Shown: in pieces, positions 10,646-18,742 of the stretch
How the letters are laid out: each line of letters starts with the position of its first letter
How positions within the stretch are numbered: the first letter of the stretch is position 1
Assembly: GCA_021775755.1 (NCBI GenBank)
Contig: JAJFHE010000050.1
Span: forward strand, 343,842-407,841
From: Hyphomicrobiales bacterium
GTDB lineage: Bacteria > Pseudomonadota > Alphaproteobacteria > Rhizobiales > JAJFHB01
Length of the DNA stretch: 64,000 nt
Direction: 5' to 3'
Program-made: the position numbers and the translations under genes
Notes under the pieces: model-generated
Told to the model about the DNA's origin: nothing
Database searches by the model: none
What the model saw: only the letters and a program-made list of their open reading frames with translations

Positions 10646-11041
10646 ATGGCTAAAACGCTTCACACAGATACCGCCCCTGCTCCTTTCAGCAATTACAGTC
10701 AGGCCGTGGAAGTTCCCGCAGGCTCACGAGTGATGTTCGTCTCCGGCCAGGTCGGCGTCGACAATGACGGCAATCTCGCCGCCGACGAACGCGGGCAGCA
10801 TGACCAGTGCTGGCGCAACATCCTGGCGATCCTTGCAGCTCAAGATCTGGGGCCCGAACACATTGTAGACGTGACGGTTTATGTCACACAGGCCAGCGGC
10901 GTGCCGATTTCAAGGGTAGCGCGCGATGCGGTGCTCAATGGCGCCAAGCCCTGTTCGACACTGTTGATGATTTCCGGGCTGGCGAACCCGGACTGGCTGG
11001 TTGAGATTTCCGTGGTTGCGGCTGGTCCGGCTACAGGCTGA
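10646..11041 (+). CDS. RidA/YjgF family reactive-intermediate deaminase
   Basis: 131 aa with APAPFSNYSQAVEV...VFVSGQVG, a typical RidA N-terminus. Confidence 0.85.
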   Translation: MAKTLHTDTAPAPFSNYSQAVEVPAGSRVMFVSGQVGVDNDGNLAADERGQHDQCWRNILAILAAQDLGPEHIVDVTVYVTQASGVPISRVARDAVLNGAKPCSTLLMISGLANPDWLVEISVVAAGPATG

Positions 11042-11043
11042 CA

Positions 11044-11895
11044 TCACCCGGCCGGCTCACCGGAAATACGTTCGCGCAGAATCCACTCGATGAAGGCCGG
11101 TGCGGCGCCCTCATTTTCAACGGCATGGATGTGGCGTTGATTGAGGGCCTTCTTGCGCTCAAATCCGGCGATGACACGCGTACGATCGTCTGAAGAAAAT
11201 ACCGCGCCCTCGCCGGACCGCAAACTATCCAGCACCCGGTCATAGGACACTTCAATGCGGCGTGAGCCAGCCAGCCCCTGCGATGCCGACCCGGTTGCGG
11301 CGCGGTAACGCATGAGGGGTTCGCGGAGCCACGCAACCGGTGACGTGGCGGCCAGCCACGCCGCACGGTAGGCATCCTGCACGAAGCTGTCGTGCCAGAA
11401 CCACTCATCGCCCATCAGTTCGCGTCGCACGACCAGATGAAACGGAAAGTCGAATGCAACAACATCGGCGGAACGCAGAAACGCCACCGCGCCATCTCGA
11501 CCGCCGGAGTAACCGAGAATGCGGTCGCCGGAAAAACACTCAAGCACATCCTGGGCGACACCGTGCTCGTGCGCCAGAGGCACGAGCTTTTGAAGCCGTC
11601 CAGGCAGCCAGATGTCATCGGCGTCGAGGTCGGCGATCAAGCCGCCTCGTGCGATACTAAGGCCGCGATTGCGTGGTGCGACCGTACCGCTCGCCACGCT
11701 GCGTTCGGGTTGTTCGATGAGGCGCGGATCGGATATCCCCAGCGCCTTGAGGTGATCGAGCGGCGACGTTCCATCGTCGCTGACAAGGATGCATTCCCAG
11801 TCTGTGAATGTCTGCGCCAGGACGCTTTCGATTGTATCCGCAATCGTGCCATGCGCTTTGTGGCAAGGCACTATGACGGAAACTGCAGGCATCAT
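11044..11895 (-). CDS. Family 2 glycosyltransferase
   Basis: VSVIVPCHKAHGTIADTIESVLAQTFTDWECILVSDDGTS (GT-A fold, DxD region). Its start is 6 nt after the Anbu stop on the same strand. Confidence 0.85.
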   Translation of the reverse strand: MMPAVSVIVPCHKAHGTIADTIESVLAQTFTDWECILVSDDGTSPLDHLKALGISDPRLIEQPERSVASGTVAPRNRGLSIARGGLIADLDADDIWLPGRLQKLVPLAHEHGVAQDVLECFSGDRILGYSGGRDGAVAFLRSADVVAFDFPFHLVVRRELMGDEWFWHDSFVQDAYRAAWLAATSPVAWLREPLMRYRAATGSASQGLAGSRRIEVSYDRVLDSLRSGEGAVFSSDDRTRVIAGFERKKALNQRHIHAVENEGAAPAFIEWILRERISGEPAG

Positions 11896-11901
11896 CGCCG
11901 C

Positions 11902-12648
11902 TCAGGTCGTATCGCTGTCGGCATAAGACTCAAGGCCTGCAAATGCGCTGCGCAGAGCGTTGGACCAGGCATCGGAGAGACCGAGAAAGTAGGCATCGTT
12001 CTGTTCGATGCGGCGGCTGTCGTTCACTTCAAACGTGCCGTTGCGGTAGATCATCAGATCGATGGGCATGCCGACGGACAGATTTGAGCGCAACGTGGAA
12101 TCGAAGGACAGCAGAACAAGCTTCGCCGCCTCGCCCATTCGCATATGCGATTCGGCGACACGGTCCAGTATGGGTTTGCCGTATTTGTGCTCGCCGATCT
12201 GGAAGAACGGCGTGTCATCGGTTGCCTCGATGAAATTGCCTTCGTTATAGATCTGGAAAAGCCGCGGCTCTTCGCCCTTGATCTGACCGCCGAGGATAAA
12301 CGATGCCGAAAAATTCGCGGCTGTCAGGCCTAGCGCCTCACCCTCGCTTTTCTGCACGTCATTGAGCGCGGCGCCGACGAGACGCGCGGCCTGAAACATC
12401 GTCGAGACGGTTTGCAGCGTGTGACCGTCGTCATCCGCGCCATTCTTGATCTGCTCGTCCAGCAGCGAGACGACGGCCTGTGTTACCGCGAGATTACCGG
12501 CCGTGAGAATGGCGATGACGCGGTCGCCCTGCCACTCCCACACATGCATCTTTTTGAAGACGGCAATATTGTCGAACCCGGCATTGGTGCGGGTGTCGGA
12601 GGCAAATACGATGCCGCGATTCAGGCGAAGTCCAACGCAATAGGTCAT
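11902..12648 (-). CDS. Anbu-type proteasome beta-subunit homologue (proteasome-type protease)
   Basis: Internal ATG at 12648 gives MTYCVGLRLNRGIVFASDTRTNAG..., so the Ntn nucleophile Thr directly follows Met with no propeptide. 248 aa. Divergent from the ATP-grasp/alpha-E/transglutaminase genes. Confidence 0.85.
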   Translation of the reverse strand: MTYCVGLRLNRGIVFASDTRTNAGFDNIAVFKKMHVWEWQGDRVIAILTAGNLAVTQAVVSLLDEQIKNGADDDGHTLQTVSTMFQAARLVGAALNDVQKSEGEALGLTAANFSASFILGGQIKGEEPRLFQIYNEGNFIEATDDTPFFQIGEHKYGKPILDRVAESHMRMGEAAKLVLLSFDSTLRSNLSVGMPIDLMIYRNGTFEVNDSRRIEQNDAYFLGLSDAWSNALRSAFAGLESYADSDTT

Positions 12649-12766
12649 ACGCGCACCTTTTAGCGGCTTTGCCGTCTCACGCAAGAGCCTGAGTGCCCGT
12701 TGCGGCTGGACGCGCCCTGTCCCACCGCCTACGCTGATGAGCTGGTCAAGGGGACAGCGGGGACGG

Positions 12767-14176
12767 ATGAACTGTTTCGATGAGATGAACGGCAGCGGCG
12801 GGGACTGCCGTGATGCCTATCGCAAGATCAGCGAATGGCTCGAAAACGAGACGCCGGAGACACTGGCGCGAAAGCGTGACGAAGCGGACGCCATATTCCG
12901 CCGGCTCGGGATCACTTTTCTGGTGTACGGGGAAAAAGGCAGTGCGGAACGGCTGATCCCGTTCGATGTTCTGCCACGCGTTCTCACCTCCGCGGAATGG
13001 AACACCATCGACACGGGCTGCGTACAGCGTGTCAAGGCGTTGAACGCGTTTCTAGACGACGTCTATCACGGCGGCGAAATCGTCAAGGCGGGCAAGGTTC
13101 CCCAAGAGCTCGTTTACCAGAACCCGCTCTACATGCCCGAGGTCCACGGCATCGATGTGCCATTCGGTGTGCATTCGCACATTTCCGGCATCGATGTCGT
13201 GCGCACGGGGGCCGACGAATTCTATGTCCTGGAGGACAATCTGCGCACACCCAGCGGCGTTTCATACATGCTTGAAGGCCGCAATGTGATGATGCGGCTG
13301 TTTCCCGAACTATTCACGAACATGCGCGTGCGCCCGATTGAGAACTACGCCGAAATCCTACTTTCCAATCTGCGTGCCGTGGCACCGGACAACGCCACCG
13401 GCGAAAGTTCCATCGTGCTGATGACGCCGGGGCGCTTTAACTCCGCCTATTTCGAGCATGTGTTTCTCGCCGAGCAGATGGGCATCACCCTCGTTGAAGG
13501 TCAGGACCTGTTCGTTGAGGATGGTCACGTCTTCATGCGCACGATTGCGGGACCTGAGCGCGTCGACGTCATCTACCGCCGGCTCGACGACGAGTTCATG
13601 GATCCGCTTGCGTTCAGGGCCGATTCAGCGCTTGGCGTGCCGGGCATCGTTTCAGTTCTGCGTCAGGGCAATGTGACGCTCGCCAATGCGATCGGCAACG
13701 GGATTGCCGATGACAAGAGCGTTTATCCTTATGTCCCCGACATGATCCGCTTTTATCTCGGCGAAGAACCGATTATCGCCAATGTGCCGACCTGGAAGCT
13801 GCGAGAGCCGGACGATCTGGCTTATGCGCTCGACCATCTGGGCGAAATGGTGGTCAAGGAGGTGCGCGGTTCGGGCGGTTACGGCATGCTGGTCGGGCCG
13901 ACATCGACAACGCAGGAGATCGAGGACTACCGCAAGCGCGTACTCGCGGACCCCGCGGATTTCATCGCCCAGCCGACGCTGGCGCTATCGACCTGCCCGA
14001 CATTCGTCGAAACCGGCGTTGCGCCCCGCCATGTGGATCTGCGGCCCTTCGTCCTGGCTGGCAAGACCGTTTCCATGGTCCCGGGCGCGTTTACGCGCGT
14101 TGCGCTGAGAGATGGTTCTCTCGTTGTGAATTCCTCGCAAGGCGGCGGCACCAAAGACACATGGGTGCTGTCGTGA
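12767..14176 (+). CDS. Circularly permuted type-2 ATP-grasp protein
   Basis: 469 aa from ATG 12767 (GGGGA Shine-Dalgarno). MNCFDEM... is the N-terminus typical of this family, with a conserved core (...GIDVVRTGADEFYVLEDNLRTPSGVSYMLE...VVKEVRGSGGYGMLVGP...). The track start at 12737 is less likely. Confidence 0.85.
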   Translation: MNCFDEMNGSGGDCRDAYRKISEWLENETPETLARKRDEADAIFRRLGITFLVYGEKGSAERLIPFDVLPRVLTSAEWNTIDTGCVQRVKALNAFLDDVYHGGEIVKAGKVPQELVYQNPLYMPEVHGIDVPFGVHSHISGIDVVRTGADEFYVLEDNLRTPSGVSYMLEGRNVMMRLFPELFTNMRVRPIENYAEILLSNLRAVAPDNATGESSIVLMTPGRFNSAYFEHVFLAEQMGITLVEGQDLFVEDGHVFMRTIAGPERVDVIYRRLDDEFMDPLAFRADSALGVPGIVSVLRQGNVTLANAIGNGIADDKSVYPYVPDMIRFYLGEEPIIANVPTWKLREPDDLAYALDHLGEMVVKEVRGSGGYGMLVGPTSTTQEIEDYRKRVLADPADFIAQPTLALSTCPTFVETGVAPRHVDLRPFVLAGKTVSMVPGAFTRVALRDGSLVVNSSQGGGTKDTWVLS

Positions 14177-14184
14177 GCGAGCAC

Positions 14185-15150
14185 ATGCTGTCACGCTCGG
14201 CCGAAGACCTTTACTGGATGGCACGCTATGTGGAGCGCGCGGAAAACACCGCGCGCCTGCTCGATGTTTCCTACCGTATGGCTTTGCTGCCGAGCGAGGG
14301 CGACGATCAGACCCTGCTTTGGGGATCGGCCATTGCCATCGGCCCGGCGCCGGAAAGCTTTTATGAGCGTTACGGCGAAGCAACGCCGGATAACGTCCTC
14401 ACCTATATGGCGCTCGATGAAGACAACCCGTCGAGTATTTATTCAGCCTTGAAAACGGCGCGAGAAAACGCCCGCGCACAGCGAACCAGCATCACCACGG
14501 AAATGTGGGAAGCGCTCAATACAGTGTGGCTCGAACTGAGGGACATCGATGCCGGCGCTATTGAGCAGATGGGCCGGAGATCGTTCTTTGACTGGATCAA
14601 GGAGCGTTCGCACCTGTTCCGGGGCGTTGCCTATGGCACGATGCTGCGGGATGAAGGATTTCAGTTTGTACGCCTCGGCACCTTTCTGGAGCGCGCCGAC
14701 AGCACGGCCCGCATGCTCGATGTCAAATATCACGTGCTGCTGCCAAGCGCCGACGATGTCGGGGGTGCACGAGACTATCACCAGTGGGGCGCCGTATTGC
14801 GATCGGCCGCATCGTTCACGAGTTACCGCAAGATCTACCGCGGTGAAATTGTGCCCTCGCACGTGGCGGAACTCTTGATTTTGCGCGAGGACGTGCCCAG
14901 ATCGTTACACACCTGCCTGAATGCGGTCACCGAAACCCTCGATCTTCTGGCGCCAGCGCGCAAGCTTGAGAGTAAAAGACTGGCTGGCCGAATCCGGGCA
15001 GACCTGCAATATGCGAACATCGACGACATTATCGACAAGGGACTGCATGAGTTCCTTGAAAACTTCATCGAGCGAAACGAACGGGTCGGGCGGCAGTTGC
15101 AGACCGACTTCCTGATGGCGCCGGTGATCGACCTGTCCGTAACCGCCTGA
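14185..15150 (+). CDS. Alpha-E domain protein (DUF403 family)
   Basis: MLSRSAEDLYWMARYVERAENTARLLDV... is the characteristic alpha-E N-terminus. Alternative coupled starts are GTG 14173 (GTGA overlap with the ATP-grasp stop) and ATG 14161. Confidence 0.85.
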   Translation: MLSRSAEDLYWMARYVERAENTARLLDVSYRMALLPSEGDDQTLLWGSAIAIGPAPESFYERYGEATPDNVLTYMALDEDNPSSIYSALKTARENARAQRTSITTEMWEALNTVWLELRDIDAGAIEQMGRRSFFDWIKERSHLFRGVAYGTMLRDEGFQFVRLGTFLERADSTARMLDVKYHVLLPSADDVGGARDYHQWGAVLRSAASFTSYRKIYRGEIVPSHVAELLILREDVPRSLHTCLNAVTETLDLLAPARKLESKRLAGRIRADLQYANIDDIIDKGLHEFLENFIERNERVGRQLQTDFLMAPVIDLSVTA

Positions 15151-15165
15151 ACAACGTGGCCCCTG

Positions 15166-16050
15166 ATGCACCTGTGCATTGAACATCGCACGCGGTACTC
15201 CTACGGCGATCCCGTCAAGGTCGCACGGCAGTATCTGCGACTGACGCCGTCGGCAAGCGCGGTTCAAAATGTGCATGCCTGGACCGTAACCGCGTCCGGT
15301 AAACTCGATGCCTGGACAGACAGTCACGGCAATGCCTGTCATTTCGTGTCCGTCGAACGCGCGAAAGACGATCTGAGCGTGACCGCGCAAGGCGTCGTTG
15401 AGACCCTGCAAAGCGACGGCGTCATCCGCGCTACCGCCCAGCAAATTCTCGCACCGGCCGTCTATCTCCGCAATTCGGGTTACACGCGGCCAGGCGAACG
15501 CATGTCAAGTTACCTTGAGGCTTTGCGGACCAAATTGCCCGGCACTCCCCGGGACGTGGCCGTTCTTCTCATGCATGAGATCCGCGCGGCAATCGCCTAC
15601 CAAACCCACAGCACACATGTTCACACGACCGGCGAAGACGCCATGCGCGATGGCGAAGGGGTCTGCCAGGATCACACACACGTCATGCTTGGGTTGTGCC
15701 GCGCCCTTGATATCCCGGCGCGTTACGTCAGCGGATACCTGTGGACCGGCGGTGACGGTGCGGAAACGGTCTCGGCAAGCCACGCCTGGACCGAGGTATA
15801 TATCGGCAATGACGAATGGCTCAATCTCGATGTCGCCAACTGCTGCATTGCCGACGACCGCTATGTCCGCCTCGCCTGCGGATTCGACTACGCAAGTGCG
15901 TCTCCCATTCACGGCCTGCGGCACGGCGGCGGTGAAGAGATGATGGATGTCGTCATCACGATGAGTCTTCAAGGCTCAGGCGACATCCAGCGTCTGCCGG
16001 GGAACAGAACGCACCAGGAAAGTGCGCCTCAAGGGGGTGCAGCGCAGTAA
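15166..16050 (+). CDS. Transglutaminase-family protein (N-terminal Bact_transglu_N-like region plus Cys-protease core)
   Basis: MHLCIEHRTRYSY... N-terminus. The catalytic Cys context GEGVCQDHTHV is followed by HAWTEVY and a downstream Asp, so the triad appears intact. Confidence 0.85.
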   Translation: MHLCIEHRTRYSYGDPVKVARQYLRLTPSASAVQNVHAWTVTASGKLDAWTDSHGNACHFVSVERAKDDLSVTAQGVVETLQSDGVIRATAQQILAPAVYLRNSGYTRPGERMSSYLEALRTKLPGTPRDVAVLLMHEIRAAIAYQTHSTHVHTTGEDAMRDGEGVCQDHTHVMLGLCRALDIPARYVSGYLWTGGDGAETVSASHAWTEVYIGNDEWLNLDVANCCIADDRYVRLACGFDYASASPIHGLRHGGGEEMMDVVITMSLQGSGDIQRLPGNRTHQESAPQGGAAQ

Positions 16051-16175
16051 GCCGGCCGTGCCGTCAGTCACAATAGTGACGCAGTTGCATTTTACCCCTT
16101 GTCTTGCGTGCGACGCACCATGACATATTGCAGTGCACATTGCTCTCCTTTCCCGCAACCGAACGGACCGGCACG

Positions 16176-16721
16176 ATGTCCTCCCCCGAGACAATCGAAT
16201 ACCGAAAACTATGGCCGCGCGAGGCCGCGCAGTTCAGGGATCACCTGATGCGCCTCGATGCGAACAGCCGCCGTCTGCGTTTCGGCGGGGCCGTTTCGCA
16301 ACAGTTTGTCGAGAATTACGCCCAAACCGCCTGGAAACTCGATGCGGTCATCCTGGGATGTTTTGCTGGAGGGACGCTGCGCGGTTCGGCGGAGATGCGT
16401 CTGCTGACGGAAAACTGGGCTTCGGAAGCCGAGGTCGCCTTTGCCGTCGAACAACCCTGGCAGGAACGCGGCATCGGCGGCGAACTGTTGCGGCGCACGA
16501 TCGGACATGCGCAGAACCGTGCTGTCAGGACGCTCTACATGATCTGCCTGAACGAAAATATCCGCATGCAGCATCTTGCCAGACATCATGAGGCAAAATT
16601 GCAACTTGAGCCGGGTTCCATGGCGGCAACACTCGACCCCGCCTGGCCGACGCCTGGCAGCGTGATGGAAGAGTTCATGGAGGAAAGCCGCGGGTTTGTG
16701 ACGGCCGTCCTCAACGTCTAG
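16176..16721 (+). CDS. GNAT family N-acetyltransferase
   Basis: 181 aa from ATG 16176, with ...RRLRFGG... and WQERGIGGELLRRTIGHAQ (acetyl-CoA binding Q/RxxGxG/A motif). Confidence 0.8.
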   Translation: MSSPETIEYRKLWPREAAQFRDHLMRLDANSRRLRFGGAVSQQFVENYAQTAWKLDAVILGCFAGGTLRGSAEMRLLTENWASEAEVAFAVEQPWQERGIGGELLRRTIGHAQNRAVRTLYMICLNENIRMQHLARHHEAKLQLEPGSMAATLDPAWPTPGSVMEEFMEESRGFVTAVLNV

Positions 16722-16724
16722 ATC

Positions 16725-17810
16725 CTAATCCCTCTGCGCCTTATCGTCGGCCTTGCGCCGGTGACCGGGATGCAACGACCGCCCGAGGATGTGCTCGCTG
16801 CGGCCGATGACATCGGCACTCGACCCGACGATGAGCGGATCGGGGCCGTGAACGATGTGCTGGTCCTTGTTGGGATACGGCAAAGACGAAAGGAAATGCT
16901 GCATGCAGTTCAGCCGGGCACGTTTTTTGTCGTCGGACTTGATGATCGTCCACGGCGCGTCGGCAGTGTCTGTGTAGAAGAACATCGCCTCTTTGGCTTC
17001 GGTATAGTCGCCCCACTTGTCCAGCGATGCCTTGTCGATGGGTGATAGTTTCCACCGCTTCAGGGGATCGGCTTCTCGCGATTTGAAGCGGCGCAACTGC
17101 TCTTCCTTGGTGACAGAGAACCAGTATTTGTAAAGGCGCACTCCGCTGCGCGCGATCATGCGTTCAAGTTCGGGGCATTGTCGCATGAACTCCAGATACT
17201 GAATTGGCTCGCAAAATCCCATGACCCGCTCAACGCCGGCGCGGTTGTACCAGGACCGGTCGAACATGACGATTTCGCCTGCCGTGGGCAGATGATTGAT
17301 GTAGCGCTGGAAATACCACTGCGCCTGCTCCCGCTCGCTCGGTTTTTCGAGGGCGACAACCGTCGCTCCGCGCGGATTGAGATGCTCCATGAAACGTTTG
17401 ATCGTGCCGCCCTTGCCCGCTGCGTCGCGGCCCTCGAACAACACGACGATCTTCTGGCCCGTGGCCTTGACCCAGTCCTGCACCTTGAGGAGTTCCGCCT
17501 GCAGTTCCGCCTTGTGTTCCTCATAAAGAACCCGGCGCATCTTCTGCTTATAGGGATAGATGCCCTCTTCGAACGCCCGCCTGATCGCTTCGGGATCATG
17601 GCGCATTTCAGCGATGGCATGTGCACGGGAGACTTTTGGTTTGAGGGTGCGGGCATCATCCGGCTTGGCACGGCGGTTCTTGTCTGCTGCACCGTTCGCC
17701 TTGCCCAGCGCCTTCGGCTCGACAGAAGGCGCCGCGCCTGACGTCTCGACCGCAGCCTCGGCAGTCTTGGATTTTGGTTGATCGCTGTCGGGCTTAACTT
17801 GAGTTGACAT
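16725..17810 (-). CDS. ppk2: Polyphosphate kinase 2 (PPK2) with a low-complexity N-terminal extension
   Basis: FEGRDAAGKGGTIKRF (Walker A) and FDRSWYNRAGVERVMGF are PPK2 motifs. ATG 17810 follows a strong AGGAGAAGGAG Shine-Dalgarno. The track start at 17834 is GTG inside that Shine-Dalgarno region. Confidence 0.9.
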   Translation of the reverse strand: MSTQVKPDSDQPKSKTAEAAVETSGAAPSVEPKALGKANGAADKNRRAKPDDARTLKPKVSRAHAIAEMRHDPEAIRRAFEEGIYPYKQKMRRVLYEEHKAELQAELLKVQDWVKATGQKIVVLFEGRDAAGKGGTIKRFMEHLNPRGATVVALEKPSEREQAQWYFQRYINHLPTAGEIVMFDRSWYNRAGVERVMGFCEPIQYLEFMRQCPELERMIARSGVRLYKYWFSVTKEEQLRRFKSREADPLKRWKLSPIDKASLDKWGDYTEAKEAMFFYTDTADAPWTIIKSDDKKRARLNCMQHFLSSLPYPNKDQHIVHGPDPLIVGSSADVIGRSEHILGRSLHPGHRRKADDKAQRD

Positions 17811-17886
17811 GCCACTCCTTCTCCTCTGCCACACCGCTTAACCGGTTTCATAAAAAATATAGTGCACCGCAACAGGATTGGAATCC

Positions 17887-17900
17887 TTGATCCCGATCAA
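17887..17900. promoter_or_regulatory. Perfect FNR/FixK-type box TTGAT-N4-ATCAA upstream of ppk2
   Basis: TTGATcccgATCAA. On the ppk2 strand it is followed about 25 nt later by a TATATT/CTATAT -10-like hexamer, then the Shine-Dalgarno and the ATG at 17810. Confidence 0.6.
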
Positions 17901-17923
17901 GAAAGACAGGCGGCCTAGGCAGT

Positions 17924-18742
17924 TTACACCTCGAATTGAGCGCGCCGCCATGCTAGCGCCTTGCCCAGCCCCTTTTCACGCACGATCTGTTCAAATTCGG
18001 TGTTGATCGGTGTCTTCGCCGCGTAAAGCGGCGCCAACACGTCGAGCCCGCCCTGCATTGCAGAGCGAAAGCCCGCGGCATCGGCACCGCGGCTGATCGC
18101 GAGCTTCGTGGCGGATAATGTTTCGCGCCCGATAAGGCTTAACCGCCGGGCATAAGCCATCGTTTCGTGGTGCAAGGCATCAAGCGGGACAGAGCGGTTG
18201 ATCATACCAAGATCAAGGGCGCGCGCGGCGTCGATCATATCGCCGAAATAGAGAAGCTCACGGGCGCGCTTGTATCCAACAATCCACGGCATCACCATTG
18301 CCGGGCCGGTCTCGCAAAACCGCGCTTCAGGTTCTCCGAACAGGCAGTTATCGGCAGCGATGGTGAGGTCGCAGAACATCGCCAGTTCGCATCCACCGCC
18401 AAGCGCGTGCCCCTGTACGGAAGCGATCACCGGCTTGCGCATGTACCAGGGCATCATCTCAAAGCGCAGGCAGTCATCGAGGTGGGAATGCCATTTGAGT
18501 GCATCGTGCCGCCAGTCGGACGTATCGGTGCCGGTTCCGCCGATGTCGTAGCCGACACAGAAACTCCTTCCCTCGCCCCGGAGTACGACGACACAGGTGG
18601 CCTCGTCATCATCTGCCCGCACAAAGGCGTCGACTGCGGCTTCGCGAAGCGCCGGGCTGATGGCATTGAGCTTTTCCGGCCGGTTCAACGATACGATGCC
18701 GACCTCGCCATCGCATTCATAGGTGACGAGCGTTTCCGTCAT
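17924..18742 (-). CDS. Enoyl-CoA hydratase/isomerase (crotonase) family protein
   Basis: 272 aa with crotonase-fold motifs (VVVLRGEGRSFCVGYDI, GHALGGGCELAMFCD). The start overlaps the upstream gene's stop (ATGA). Confidence 0.88.
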   Translation of the reverse strand: MTETLVTYECDGEVGIVSLNRPEKLNAISPALREAAVDAFVRADDDEATCVVVLRGEGRSFCVGYDIGGTGTDTSDWRHDALKWHSHLDDCLRFEMMPWYMRKPVIASVQGHALGGGCELAMFCDLTIAADNCLFGEPEARFCETGPAMVMPWIVGYKRARELLYFGDMIDAARALDLGMINRSVPLDALHHETMAYARRLSLIGRETLSATKLAISRGADAAGFRSAMQGGLDVLAPLYAAKTPINTEFEQIVREKGLGKALAWRRAQFEV

